A stretch of 63,221 nucleotides of DNA, counting the filler, from Rhabdomonas costata (Eukaryota), in the NCBI GenBank assembly GCA_019059605.1. It is 52 parts of 52 records of this genome, joined end to end, with 100 filler letters (N's around TTAATTAATTAA, not from the genome) between each part and the next. Parts side by side here need not be neighbours in the genome. Positions count along the whole stretch, not along the records: positions 23,148 to 24,265 come from JAHMHO010027713.1; positions 24,366 to 25,483 come from JAHMHO010027714.1; positions 25,584 to 26,701 come from JAHMHO010027715.1; positions 26,802 to 27,919 come from JAHMHO010027716.1; positions 28,020 to 29,137 come from JAHMHO010027717.1; positions 29,238 to 30,355 come from JAHMHO010027718.1; positions 30,456 to 31,572 come from JAHMHO010027719.1; positions 31,673 to 32,790 come from JAHMHO010027720.1; 44 more parts are not named here. One strand, written 5' to 3'. This document shows positions 24,025-36,600 of this stretch, one piece after another (positions within the stretch are counted from its first letter, which is position 1; each line of letters opens with the position of its first letter). The notes below the pieces were generated by a model. That model was not told the origin of the DNA. It searched no databases and saw only the letters and a program-made list of their open reading frames with translations. The translations under genes and the position numbers were made by a program.

Positions 24025-26091
24025 CGCATGTGTAGTTAGAAAGCAAAAAGAAGCTGAAGATGAAACCCATAGCTCTTCTCTTGGTCCTGACCGATTCCTG
24101 AACACAGCAAGAAAACAGAGATGAGGCATCGATCCAACACTCGAAAAGAACCACAACTCTCCCACTCGCATCCGCAACACAGAGCGGTGCCGGAGACCAC
24201 ACACATCCTCCCACGGACCTGCCCCGCGGTGTCCACCACGATGATCCGGCGGGCCAACACCCACCNNNNNNNNNNNNNNNNNNNNNNNNNNNNNNNNNNN
24301 NNNNNNNNNTTAATTAATTAANNNNNNNNNNNNNNNNNNNNNNNNNNNNNNNNNNNNNNNNNNNNGTTGTTGGGGGTGATGCGAGTTTTTTGTTTGTCCT
24401 TGAATGGAACAAGAGCGCCCTATCAACTCGATATCCGCCACTGCTAGTATGGTGTACAGGGGCAGCTCACATTGGAAACAGGACTGGTCAATGGAGTACA
24501 AGGGGCTCGCATGCGGCCGTGGATCTCTCATTGCCTGTGCGGCTTCTGAAGTTCCACCATTTTCGCACCGCGAGAGTGAAAACGAGGTGGGACCCCACCC
24601 CATGCTTGCGTCTCTTTTTGCATTGCTGTTTCTGAATCACAGCCCATAAAAGTTCGAGTTGGGGACTCCTTGCAGCCGTTCACCATTCAAGACCGGCAGA
24701 CGACGCTTCGAGAGATCATGACTTTCCATTGCCTCTTGCGGGAGGGGGGTCATGTTCGCTGCAGTGGAATGGGCCTTTGAACGTCTTCATTGGCTGTCAG
24801 CTGCTTTTTGTCGGTTTAAGTGAACGCGATTTTCCCCACTTCTGTCTTGAATCCGCACCCCCTATTTATTTTTGGTGTGTGCAGGCCACTCCACTCCTTT
24901 CCTGTACGTGTACTTTACTGCGGCTAAGTTGGTCTCACAGGGTGATGTGGAAGTTGCTGGAATACTGTTGATGTTAGGAAAGATGCTAACGATGAAACTT
25001 TGCATCCGGGGGGGGGTCCCTGCTCGGCAGGTATGGTTTCCTTGTGCAGGAGAAAATGGCGCTTGCTGCGGAGCTGCAAAGCCACTACGTGGTGCATGTG
25101 CTAACCCAGCTGTGGACTCAGCCCGGCTCTGTGCCCCACCCGTACATATCCAAGCCCTTCCAGCTGCTTGTCAACCTTGGTGGGCGGGCTGGAGTATGCG
25201 TCAGCTTTGGGCGGGTGATGCCCGTGCCCGACTTTGCGGTGGGGCGGCTGAAGCATGACATCAACAAGGTGGGCATCCACACCATCAGTGGGTGCTGTCG
25301 GGGAAGCCTGAAGTCCGGGTCATGCTTCACCTCTGCTATGGTCAGCAGCTTCAATACCTGTCTGTGATTTCTTTGAGACGTGCTGGGGATTAACGGCCGC
25401 ATCCCCTCCGAGCATTGCTGAACTATCATCAGAGGTCGGAGGGGATGCGGCCGTTAATCCCCAGCACGTCTCAAACAAACCACNNNNNNNNNNNNNNNNN
25501 NNNNNNNNNNNNNNNNNNNNNNNNNNNTTAATTAATTAANNNNNNNNNNNNNNNNNNNNNNNNNNNNNNNNNNNNNNNNNNNNAGCATTGTCGGCATGTG
25601 TATAATGCACCTACACTTTAACCTGGACCCGAGTACCAACAGTGAAGAATTTATTCAAAAAGTATATTTATCATTTTAAATGGGACACCCTGTATATCTC
25701 ACTTGCCGAGTTGGGTAGCCGTGCCTTCACAACACCGAAGTCGGAGCAAGCTTCACGAAGAGTTGGAGAGAAATGCCTTCCAAACGTTAGAGACACAGCG
25801 AGGCGCGAGATCAGATGAGAGAAAGACAAGAGACCGGAGTAATTAAAATAGTTACCAAAGGAGCGAGCAACGGGGAATGCAAGGGTGGCCTCGCAGCCTG
25901 TGTGTAAACTGTTGCTGCATGTTTTCCCTCCAGCCAAACTGTGAAAGTTGCTGTCGTCCACCGGTGCCCTCACAGCCCTTGCTTCATTGCAAAGTCAAAG
26001 GAAGTCCAAGTGAAGCTTCGGCTTGTGCAAAAAAAATCGACCCAATCACCTTGCGGCAGCTCCCGCCTCAAACGCACACAAATACACAAAC

Positions 26092-26692
26092 CGCAGGGCT
26101 GAGAATTGCATTGCTTGCTCAGAGTTGTCCCCGTGAGCGGGCAGGGCCCGCCACACTGCGCCGGCACGGTCACCTCGAACGCCCAGACCTGCACTCCGCC
26201 GCCACAGGTCGCGCTGCACTCCCCACGAGCGGTGAAGCCACCCTGGCACGCCACGGCTGATGGACACACGGACACACGCAAACCCACAACAAACAATTCG
26301 GAGACAGGGGAAGGAGAAGTACGCAGCAGCAAACAGAAGACAGAAAACACGCGATGGCTTTGGAGTATTCACGCACCAGCACACGGTGGCTGCGCCTTCA
26401 CCAAAGGGTCGGCGACCGCAGCGGTGCCGTTCCACACACACCACGCACTGGTAAACAGCTCTGGGGTGGCGACGTCTTCGTAGTTCACTGCGAGGTAGCT
26501 GGAAGAGCCCAGAGTCCAGCCAATGGTCCAGCCTTGGCCGTCCAAATAGTACAGGAATAGTGGAGAGGAGGAGGAAGAGTCGCTGTTGACGTAGTAGGGT
26601 CGGCCCCCAAATACTCCGATAGGGCGGTAGAGTCCGTTGATCTCAGAGTAGAGCCCAACTCGCCCACTCAGAAAAGTCGCATTCGCCGAGAC
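26092..26692 (-). CDS. Extracellular protein with a thrombospondin type-1 (spondin-like) domain; exons ~26692-26377 and 26256-26092
   Basis: INGLYRPIGVFGGRPYYVN...LFLYYLDGQGWTIG module, then CQGGFTARGECSATCGGGVQ...PAQCGGPCP...CNSQPC; phase-1 GT-AG intron. Confidence 0.75.
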
Positions 26693-26801
26693 TAAAAAAA
26701 ANNNNNNNNNNNNNNNNNNNNNNNNNNNNNNNNNNNNNNNNNNNNTTAATTAATTAANNNNNNNNNNNNNNNNNNNNNNNNNNNNNNNNNNNNNNNNNNN
26801 N

Positions 26802-27894
26802 CCACGAACAGCGCAGTGCGGAAGCTTTCCCAGGCTCTAGGGAGTGGCGATGGCGGGGGATGGGCGCAGTTCCTGGGGCACACCCAGGGCACGACGGAGA
26901 ACGTTGCGGGATATTTGGTGGAAGCTCGTGAGCTCGATTTCGGGGTATATTCTTCTGATGTGGGGATGATTGTGGGTCAGCCCCCAGGGTCGTTTGGATT
27001 TTGGCGGATGGGTTTCTGTTGAGCATCTAGCACACAGTGACAATGGTTGGTGAAGGTTTGATTTGCAGAGTAATTTGGCATGTGTTGATTCCTTCAGCAA
27101 GACTTGCACTCTTTTTCCGATGGGAATGTTGGGATCCTTTATCAGCTGGACCCGTCTCCGGAGCTGCCCTTATCGGCGGATTCGAGTTTCGTTCAGTAAA
27201 CCTGATGCCAGGGCAATGGTACGTGCTATCCTGTTTGGACATTAGAGACGGGTTAGCGAGCCATTCCGCGTTCCTTATGTTTTTGTAGGGCTTGCCGTGG
27301 ATCCTGGTGGTGGCAACGGACACCCAAAGCTGGACAGCAGTGGTGTACTCCGGTGTCGCTCTTACCACGGGGCTGGTGATCTGCTGCATCGCGGGGTACT
27401 GCTCGCTTGCTCTGAAATACTATCCGTCAAGAGGATGGGTTTGGGAGCGATGTACCTCTTTGAAAGCCTAGCTCCATAATTCTTGTCAATTGGTTTCCCC
27501 CTGCCCCCGCCCCCCGCCATAAAAATCTTGTTGTCCCAAGGTGTCAAGCGCACTTTGCTGTTACAGAAGGGATGGGACTCTGCTTTTGTTTTCCGGGCAT
27601 GACTTCATGGGCACCCGGACCCGGCGGCATTTGTCCTCTGTGGCAGTGCAAAAGTTAGCACATTGAGTAATCAGAATATCGTCCTGCTTTTACCTTGGCA
27701 TCGAGTGAAGTACTCCGAAGGATGATCTCACCTAGCAGCATTTAATCACTGGTGTGTGCAGCACATGCCTGCTGACGTTGGTGCTGGTGAGGCTGTTCAC
27801 GGCCCCGCTGAGCCGCCTGGTGGCGGAGGTGCAGCTGCTGTGTTCGATGGATGTGGCGCTGGTGCGGCCCTTCCCGCGCTCAAGGCTGCTCAGC
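26802..27894 (+). CDS. Sensor (Cache-like)-TM-HAMP receptor; exons 26802-26944, 27289-27395, 27762-~27894
   Basis: Phase-consistent splicing gives YLVEARELDFG|GLPWILVVATD...TM...G|TCLLTLVLVRLFTAPLSRLVAEVQLLCSMDV, the same TM-HAMP pattern as the cyclase at 9746-10512. Confidence 0.6.
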
Positions 27895-30459
27895 GGGGCC
27901 GTGAACAGCCCCACAAACANNNNNNNNNNNNNNNNNNNNNNNNNNNNNNNNNNNNNNNNNNNNTTAATTAATTAANNNNNNNNNNNNNNNNNNNNNNNNN
28001 NNNNNNNNNNNNNNNNNNNTGTTTGTGTTTGAAAAAGAAAAAAGGAAAAAAGGAAATTCTGTGCCAAGCGACGGCGACGTTTTTGTGAAATCTTATGTAG
28101 TAAGTGTTTGCTATCCAAAGATCCTTCGTCGTGGACGGCAAGTCAAGGGTACGGCTTTCTCCTCTCTCACTCTGCGCCTGCACCAGTCTCTTTCCTTCAA
28201 GAACATAACCTCCTCTCCTTTCCTAGGTCACCCAGTCGTACCTTGACGTCTGAGTGCGAGCTAAGGTCGCGAGCTCATATTTTTGGCATGATGCTCCTCG
28301 TGAGATTTGTTTTTGGTGTGGCGAGTTCGTGTATACGCCAAGATGTGACGTTTTGAAGGTTTCTTGCGGCCCTTCTGGCCGGGTTGGATCATTATTATCA
28401 TCGGCGTTTTCTTCCGCAACATAACAATCGGAGTTCCCACAAATTTTTGGTAGGTCCGTTTTCCAAGGAACATTTTTGGGGTCCGATCGTTTTTTGGGGG
28501 AGAAGGTGTTAAATGATTTACAGAGAATCACGGTGACCATTGTCGTACCTGGGGCCGAGAGCATTCTTCAGGTGGAGATTCGATTTTTGTTACCAAAAAG
28601 GGCATTCGAGTGCACGATAGCAAAGGGCAAAGCGAAGGGCTGCGAAGCCCCAGACACAAAGCGCGCGTGCCAAATACGACACTCGAAGAACCACTATGTA
28701 TATTTTGAGAGAAGAAGGGCATTTTCCTTGATCTTCGTCACGTTGACCAGAATTCCCTTTCTCCGGCTTCTCTGGAGTCGGGCATCGCTACCAGAGCCAA
28801 TGCACTGCCGAGAGTGTGATATTCTCTTCCACCAACCTCACTAAACATGTGTGGTGTTCACCGAGGCAGATCTCACTCTATACACAACCGAATTTTTTTT
28901 GGAAAGAGACTTCACGGCTATTCACTGTAAGGTCCGCGTGCAAACAGCCACTAGAAAAATGGAAACAGCAAACAATACTCAGCGAACAAGAAAGAGATGA
29001 AATGCTGGAAGACGGGAAACGCGTGCAGAGCTCAGAACTGCGGTAAGGCTCACCACTGGAATGCAAAGAGTGGTAAGCCGTGTCCCACGCACCATTTAAG
29101 CAACCATTTAAGCAGGCTGCTCCCACCCACAAAACCCNNNNNNNNNNNNNNNNNNNNNNNNNNNNNNNNNNNNNNNNNNNNTTAATTAATTAANNNNNNN
29201 NNNNNNNNNNNNNNNNNNNNNNNNNNNNNNNNNNNNNTTTTTGGGGGGATAATTGGGCATTCGACGGCCAGCAATCGATCATTTGAATGACAATGCAGTA
29301 TTTAAATGTTGCACCTTAGATACTGAATTTTGCAGCTACAGACCGATAACTGCTAAAGGGTGTACGCTTCTCTTTCTTTTTTGTGATACAGCGAGTAAAA
29401 GAACACAGAAAAGAAATCGTCTTGAAAGAGACCTTGAGACCTTGAGAATTCCTCTGCGCACCATCCAGTTCAAGCCCTTCTCGTCGAGTGACAGTATGTA
29501 TGGCATCGGTTCATGCCTTCCATGACAGAACGCAGAACAGAGGTGGGCGATCTCCATGTACAAGGGGAGAGGCAGTCCAGAGTTCCCCCAGTCACAAAGC
29601 ACCCTCTGATTCCGACACATCAGTTTCTTTTTTTGGAATCGGACGTCATTTTGCACGTGGCAGTCCTCTGCTTTTCCGTTTCCCCTTTTCCTTTTCCCCC
29701 TTTGCTGTGGAATTAGTCACCGCAGTGATGCACAATATTTCAACCCGTGTGAACAATTGATGAGCGAAAACCGACACCTGATCTCCGCGTGTCGCTTTCA
29801 TCAGTGTTTCAGATCACTTCCTTTTAAACGGTCATGATCATGCGGTCAGAGCTTTGCTGTGACGCTTCCTTTCAAGATTCTTTCCGTTTCCTATATGTTT
29901 CCCGAACTCCTGTGCCAAGATTTCTGAAGGGGATTCCGCACCACAGCAGAATGGACACACGAGGAAGCCCCCCAGAAGTGTGGTGAAAAAGTCGCACGGA
30001 CATTTTGGGAGGAGCTGGGCACATGCTGTTGTTGGGTTCTGCTGCACTGTCAACTGATTTCTGCGCTAATGTCATCGCTTTGCGTTTGGTGGGTCCAGCT
30101 TGAGTTACCATTATTTGGATTTGGAAACCTGTTTTCTTTGGTTTCACGTGCCAGCTTCACAATCTCTCATAGAAGAGAATCAAAAACAAAACGTTGGGCT
30201 TTCAAGTGAAAACCACACGATCCCAGGTATTTGGCCTCCTGCAGCGTTACCTGTATAAGACGCAGTATCTGCTCCAGCAGGCGGTCGAGCGTGAAGAGCT
30301 CCACTCCGAGGAGCTCGTTCGGGCCCGGTCAGCACCGCTTCCAGAGAAATCTCAANNNNNNNNNNNNNNNNNNNNNNNNNNNNNNNNNNNNNNNNNNNNT
30401 TAATTAATTAANNNNNNNNNNNNNNNNNNNNNNNNNNNNNNNNNNNNNNNNNNNNGGTT

Positions 30460-31419
30460 TGTTGGGACGCTGCAGTCGAGGGCCTTAATGTACTCCTTGA
30501 CCCCAGGGATATCCACGTGTAGGCATGCGCCACCCAGGAAGCCTCCTGCCCGCTGAAAAGGGCTTGGTCGCAGGATCACTATCAACCCGCAGTCGGCGGC
30601 TATTTTAGACCGTGCCAACGCCGAATTGAGGTGGAACCGCCCCCAAGCAAGCAAGACTTGACTGGCGTTTAATAGCTTGCTAGTGTTTGCGGCTGTTTGA
30701 CGGGAGCTGACACCGACCACTCAAAAGTAAACTTCGCTTGTTGATCACACAATAACAGCCGGACTTTGCGAAGGAAACTCAAAGTACCGTTGCATTACGA
30801 CTGTTGGCAGGCTCTTCAATGGCAGAGCACACATTTATGTTATTACATGCAGTTGGTAGAAGCCTCCGTGCACTACCAATTATTGATCGACACTTAACCG
30901 GTAGGTCGTTTCTGGAACAGTGATGCTGTAGAACGATTGCTGGTGGGTTTTCGAACATCGAATAGTGAAGCTACGGCCAAGCAGACGGCTGAGCTGCAGC
31001 GAGGTTCTCATAGAAGCACCGCTCGGATATCTTCCCCTCGCTCCCCAGCGCGGAGCAGACCAGATAACAGGGCACCAGGGAGCTCACCCCCATCGCCGCG
31101 CAGATACTCATCGCATCCTCCGCAAAAGTTCCCATCCCCAGCTCGTCCCCGGCCAGCAGGGAGTCCACCCCGACATCGACCAACACCAACGTGTCCACGC
31201 GGTACTGGTCTATGAGGGACTCATAGCACCCCTGCAGCTCCTTCACTCCGGCGATTGCAAAGGTATACACGGGAACGTCCAGGTGATGCTTCTCGTGGAA
31301 GTACCGGGAGAGATGAAGCTCCGGGTAGTAGTTCGCCGGAAACCCTAGAGAGGCGTCGTATGGGGAGCCCTGCTCAACCCCGGGCTCATTCCGAAACTCT
31401 GGAGGGACAGAATCACTGC
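30460..31419 (-). CDS. DUF1152-family protein; exons 31419-~30989 and 30552-~30460
   Basis: YYPELHLSRYF...VPVYTF..GVKELQGCYESL...VDTLVLVDVGVDSLLAGDELGMGTFAEDAMS...ENLAAAQ|RAGGFLGG matches the DUF1152 motifs VDxGxDxLxxGDExGxGTxxED and ENLAxL..GxxLG. Confidence 0.8.
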
Positions 31420-33536
31420 CTGGGGGAACGTAGTTAGAGTAGCGGGTTTCGAGGCAGGTCGGGGTAAGCCGTAGGCCCCGCTTTCGGTCTAAGTCCCTCG
31501 TGAAGGTTAGGTTGCCTAGGATGATCTTCTCGAGGGACTTAGACCGAAAGCGGGGCCTACGGCTTACCCCCANNNNNNNNNNNNNNNNNNNNNNNNNNNN
31601 NNNNNNNNNNNNNNNNTTAATTAATTAANNNNNNNNNNNNNNNNNNNNNNNNNNNNNNNNNNNNNNNNNNNNCTTCACTGTCGAGCTCTTCGTCCGCAGC
31701 CTTCCCGCGGAGTGGTACGAGGGCAAGGACCTCTACGCCAACAAGGTGAAACCATATGTCCTTGGGTACTTTCGAGCTATCATACGGCGGTGTAACGGTT
31801 GGCGTCAGCACCCTGCCTCAGCCGCAATGTCGGTTGTAGGTTAATGGGATGGGTACTCACTGGTCTCCTCTGGACGCGCCGTGCAAGCGCAGGGTAGGGG
31901 CTTGCCAGTTTTGCGCTCGGGGTGTTAAATGCAGTGCACCCTATGGTGAGGACCCCTTCTTGCAGAATCATTTGGTGGATTCAGAGGATTCAAGTAAGCA
32001 TGGTTTTGTTGCTAAATAACGGGAGCCGAAGCCTTTGGCCCAGCTCTCTCCGGTCAAGAGTACCCCTGCGAAACTGTAAAAGCAACAAAGCAGAGCCGCT
32101 GCATAAGGACCCCTTCTTCTATGGAGGATGACCTATAGGGTTGTTACCACACGGGAACGGTGAGAAGTGGGCGCGATATTGTTGGGCCCCGTTCATTGTA
32201 TTGTTCACACCATTGTAGTGGTTTGGTACGGTTATTGACGGTTGGTGTTAATCGCTATCGGTGGTTGAACCCCGGAGCTGAACGGTCTCATTGCGCTTTC
32301 AATTATGCTTTCCATGTTTGGGCCCATTACCACCACAGGACCTTCGCGTGGTCACCGCGGCGAAGGGGAGGGTGGAGCAGGCCTGCGGCATGTTGGCCCA
32401 GCTACCCTCTGGCGCGGCCCGAAGGCTGTACCGCGCCCGCGCGATGGCTATGCTGAGCCCAGCATCCCTGCCCGCCTTGTTGGGACAGAACTGCATTAGC
32501 AGCGTAGCCTGCGAGTGAGGGCTGCCCGGAGGAAAGGTGGTCAACCGAACGCTAGCCCGAACGGTAGCAGCCGAAGTCGAGCGGACTGTTCAAGTGGACC
32601 GGGATTTTGTCTCGTTTTTCCTCATCTTCTTTTCTTTCTTTCTTTCTTTAACTGCGATTGAGGGATTGCCGTGGGTCACGGGTCAATCGATGTGGATTCA
32701 AGGACGAACAGCCCAAGGACACTCGTTTGGACTCCGAGGACTTCATACGCAATGAAGGGGAAAAGGAGGACGAATCCTCACACAACAAACNNNNNNNNNN
32801 NNNNNNNNNNNNNNNNNNNNNNNNNNNNNNNNNNTTAATTAATTAANNNNNNNNNNNNNNNNNNNNNNNNNNNNNNNNNNNNNNNNNNNNGGAGGCGCTG
32901 CGACTGTGTACACCAGTCTTCCTGCGGTTGGGAGAGACGAGGACATGTTTTGAAAACGACCAAAAGAATGTCACCTCCGGTCTTCACGGCAAAAAGAATG
33001 AAAGTGCAATTCCCAGCCCTCCGCAAATTATGGCTAGTCATTCCACAGAACGAAACATTGTCCGCGAGAGTTTCAGAGATGTGCTCTACAAAGGAGGCGT
33101 TTTTGTTTCAGGCAATATCTCCAGAAAAAATGTTTTGTTGCAAAATTTGAACTTCTGAAATGCTGCATTGACCAGCGTGCTTGTTCGGTACATGCAATTG
33201 CGCACCGGCGCACTGAAAAGTCGGGACAATGACAACATTGTTCTTCTCGCGGGTTTTTGTGAGTTTTTCTACCAATTTCGTAAAAACAACAAGTTGAGTG
33301 CAATGAAGATTTGCACGTGAGGTTCCGCGTGATTTCCAAACCTTCCCGCCTTGCTTCCTTTCTAATATTGCAACCCATGCCTTCGGTTCTGTGCATATCG
33401 CCGAAACTTTTCTCTCGCTTCCCTGTCCATGCTGCGAAACAATGCACATTCATTCAACTCTATCCGGAAATTTTAAACCTCAAACCATGGCATACAAAAA
33501 ACAATCGTACCCGTGTAAACCGTGGGTTTGCCGTAC

Positions 33537-33667
33537 CACAGCGGATAGTACCCGCTTCCATCTGGGTACCGCGCCAGAATCCGAGTCAGCGTGCCAGGGT
33601 TGAGGTTCTCCATCACCTCCACCTCAGTCACGTACACCGGGGTCGCGATCTTCACCACGAGGAACTC
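33537..33667 (-). CDS. Exon with a pappalysin/FBXL4-like beta-sandwich module
   Basis: EFLVVKIATPVYVTEVEVMENLNPGTLTRI...YPLW between cacag| and |gtacgg resembles E.L...F..PV....V.IYE..NPG. Confidence 0.5.
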
Positions 33668-36600
33668 CTGTGGCAACACCAACGGCAGGACGGCACGGCA
33701 ATCCACCAGCTTGACCGCTATTAGCAGAAAATGTCTAAGGTGGTGTCTAAGGTAAAATGGCGTAAAAAGACAATGCCAGTATAAAGTACCCTGAGGTATG
33801 CTAAGCAGGCCCGGCCGAAAGCTCAGGCCCAGCATACAGGCCTGGAACGGCCCAAAACGGGCCCTTTCATGCCTGTGTAGATCAAAAAGCGGTTTGGCGA
33901 ACCATGGAAGCTCACCCCAACAGCATAAATACGTCTAAGAGCGTTGCTGCACGCAACTGTTTGCAAGGATAAAAGAAAAGGAAGCCAAAACGTTCCCCCC
34001 CCCCAAAANNNNNNNNNNNNNNNNNNNNNNNNNNNNNNNNNNNNNNNNNNNNTTAATTAATTAANNNNNNNNNNNNNNNNNNNNNNNNNNNNNNNNNNNN
34101 NNNNNNNNTTGTGTTTTTCCAGGTCGGAATTCGACCGTTTGGATGGGTGGAGTCCGTCCATTGTAGCACTGTTTGCTGAGACGAGTTTCTTTGCTAATCG
34201 TACTCTATTTGCAACCTTGGAGCCTCCAAAGCGTCGAACGGCTTTGTCTATCTCAAACCTTGAAAACTTTTGTGGAGTGGAGTGGAGTGGACTTCTATTG
34301 AGCAGCATTCGCTGTTCACGGCGAGAGTGACAGGGACGGCACGGTCAACTAGGTTTGAACATTCCTCAGGTTTTAGTTCTGAGAGTGTCATGACCCAAAG
34401 CAAGCTTGGGTCTTGACGCAACGCAAATGCCTGCAAAATATAAAAATGTAAGGAGGACTCCTTCAGGTCTATGCTGGAATGTACATGAGATCTGCTTTTA
34501 ATATGCCCCGCACACGTTACGCCGATAAAAATACGTAAGTGTTTGGACACATCGCTGAAGGTCTGAACCCCCCCTTGCGGGTTCTTTTAGCAATCGTCAG
34601 GCCTGGGTGACCACCTGGCCTCCTGTTTTTTTTTGTGGTAGTTACTCTCGTTTCCACTAAAGCGCGCGCGAAAACAAGAGAGCAAGGGAGGGCATTGTCA
34701 GTGAAACAATCTGCACATTTCCGCTGCCAGCCTTTTCCTTCCGTTTCAAATCTTGTTCGACTCGAAAAGCAACAAGTGAGCGGACCTGGACCTGGACACT
34801 TGTCTTACGCATCAACCTTTCGGCATCAGCTGCCGAGCCTACAAACCCAAAGGTAGAGCTCAGAGAAAACAGTGCTTCGTGTCCTTGGTCCGTGGTCCGG
34901 ATCCGGATTGCTTCGTTTGACTCCACCACGCCGAGGCCGTTCTTTTGTGTATTTCTCAGATTATGTCACAACATCATCATCCATGGCTATCTTCCCACAA
35001 AGGCTCTGGTTTGCCACACCCTTTTAGCTATTCTCCTCCTTTGTCTCTGGCTTCAGTCAGCGGCCTTCCACTGTTTCCCCCGTTTTTCTTCATGGCTTTT
35101 AACCTGACGAAATCTGGCCGTTTTGCGTTTATGCTGGCGAGTGAAACTGCTTCGCAGGAAGGATTGGACGAAGGCTTGTGCCGGCCATGCTAGAAGGTCT
35201 CTCACTTGCCAGCATAAACACAACCCNNNNNNNNNNNNNNNNNNNNNNNNNNNNNNNNNNNNNNNNNNNNTTAATTAATTAANNNNNNNNNNNNNNNNNN
35301 NNNNNNNNNNNNNNNNNNNNNNNNNNGTCGGGGGTGGTCGCTGCCTCGGGCTGGAGGGGGTATCAGCTGCAGGCTTCGGGCCGCCGGAATGGGGCCGCCG
35401 GTGGTAAACGACGAAGGTCCGCCAGACAGAGGAGTGGTGGGAGTCCGGATGGCCCTGGGGCCGGTGCCCAGAGAGGTGCGGGAGGGGGACTCTAAGGTTG
35501 GGGTGAAGCCCCGGATCCTGGGCAGCCGCCGCGAGGCTGCGCGCGTGAATGCGCGCAAACCACACACTGTGTTAACGCGGTACGGTTGAGGTGAGCAGGT
35601 CATGCGACACGTTTGCAGCACTCCAGGATAACGGAAACAGAACAATTGAATCCACAGCAGACACAACGGTGACAATGGGAAGAAACACTGTTGATGCCCT
35701 CGATCTTGGCGAACGCACATCGCAATCAACCTGGGTTGTGAAAATGCGCCATTTTGTACCGGGTGCCCAAAACAGAGGAAAAGGATAAAAAATCATCATG
35801 TGGGCAAGCAAGCACCCAACGATAAAGAAAAACTGAAGCGAACCTGCCACAGGACTCAGCGATGGAGAGATCAAGAGCCCTCCGGCCCGCATTGCGGGGC
35901 GAAGAGAGGTGGGGCTGGTGTGGTCAAGGTTGGAATCAGGGCCTGTGAACGTGAATATTGGTTTCGGCTTTGCTCGCACGCAGACATTCAGACTCCAGTG
36001 TTCTGCACAGCACCAAGCAAAGAAGATGATATGAAATACAGTGCACATGGAAAGCACTGAAGGGGCGGGCGAGATGTAATTATTCGTGGGGAGAGGTCAC
36101 CGGGGTGCTGAGACGAGACGAGCAGCGCGGTGTGAGCGCATTGATTTGTCTGTGCGTATGTGGCCAACCCGGAGGGCAAGACAAGGAAACAACGCGCACC
36201 GTTTGAAAATATGAAAAAAAACATCATCAGCCCATAAAATCCCATCTTCAATCTTCAATCCAATTGACAACGCTCGATTTGAAAGTGCACTTTTTCCGGA
36301 CAACATAATTCCTCAGCTGGAGCCCCCCTCTCTCCGGTTGGGTCAATGTTGGTTTTTATGGGAGACTGGGTGCCCCATTGTGGAACAACATTGACCACTT
36401 TGGGGAAATGGGGGGGTATATGCGTTGTTCAGCAACCCCAACCCNNNNNNNNNNNNNNNNNNNNNNNNNNNNNNNNNNNNNNNNNNNNTTAATTAATTAA
36501 NNNNNNNNNNNNNNNNNNNNNNNNNNNNNNNNNNNNNNNNNNNNTGTTTTTTTTTCGGTTTGGAATGTTCACAAAGAAGTGTCAAAGAGAAACTACTTCA

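Noticed and set aside
23312..24260. Small GTPase from IIVVDTAGQ plus a downstream exon
   Set aside because: The sequence after the predicted splice (PLLEQWRTMTRYKF) does not clearly match a switch-II region, so the family cannot be supported.
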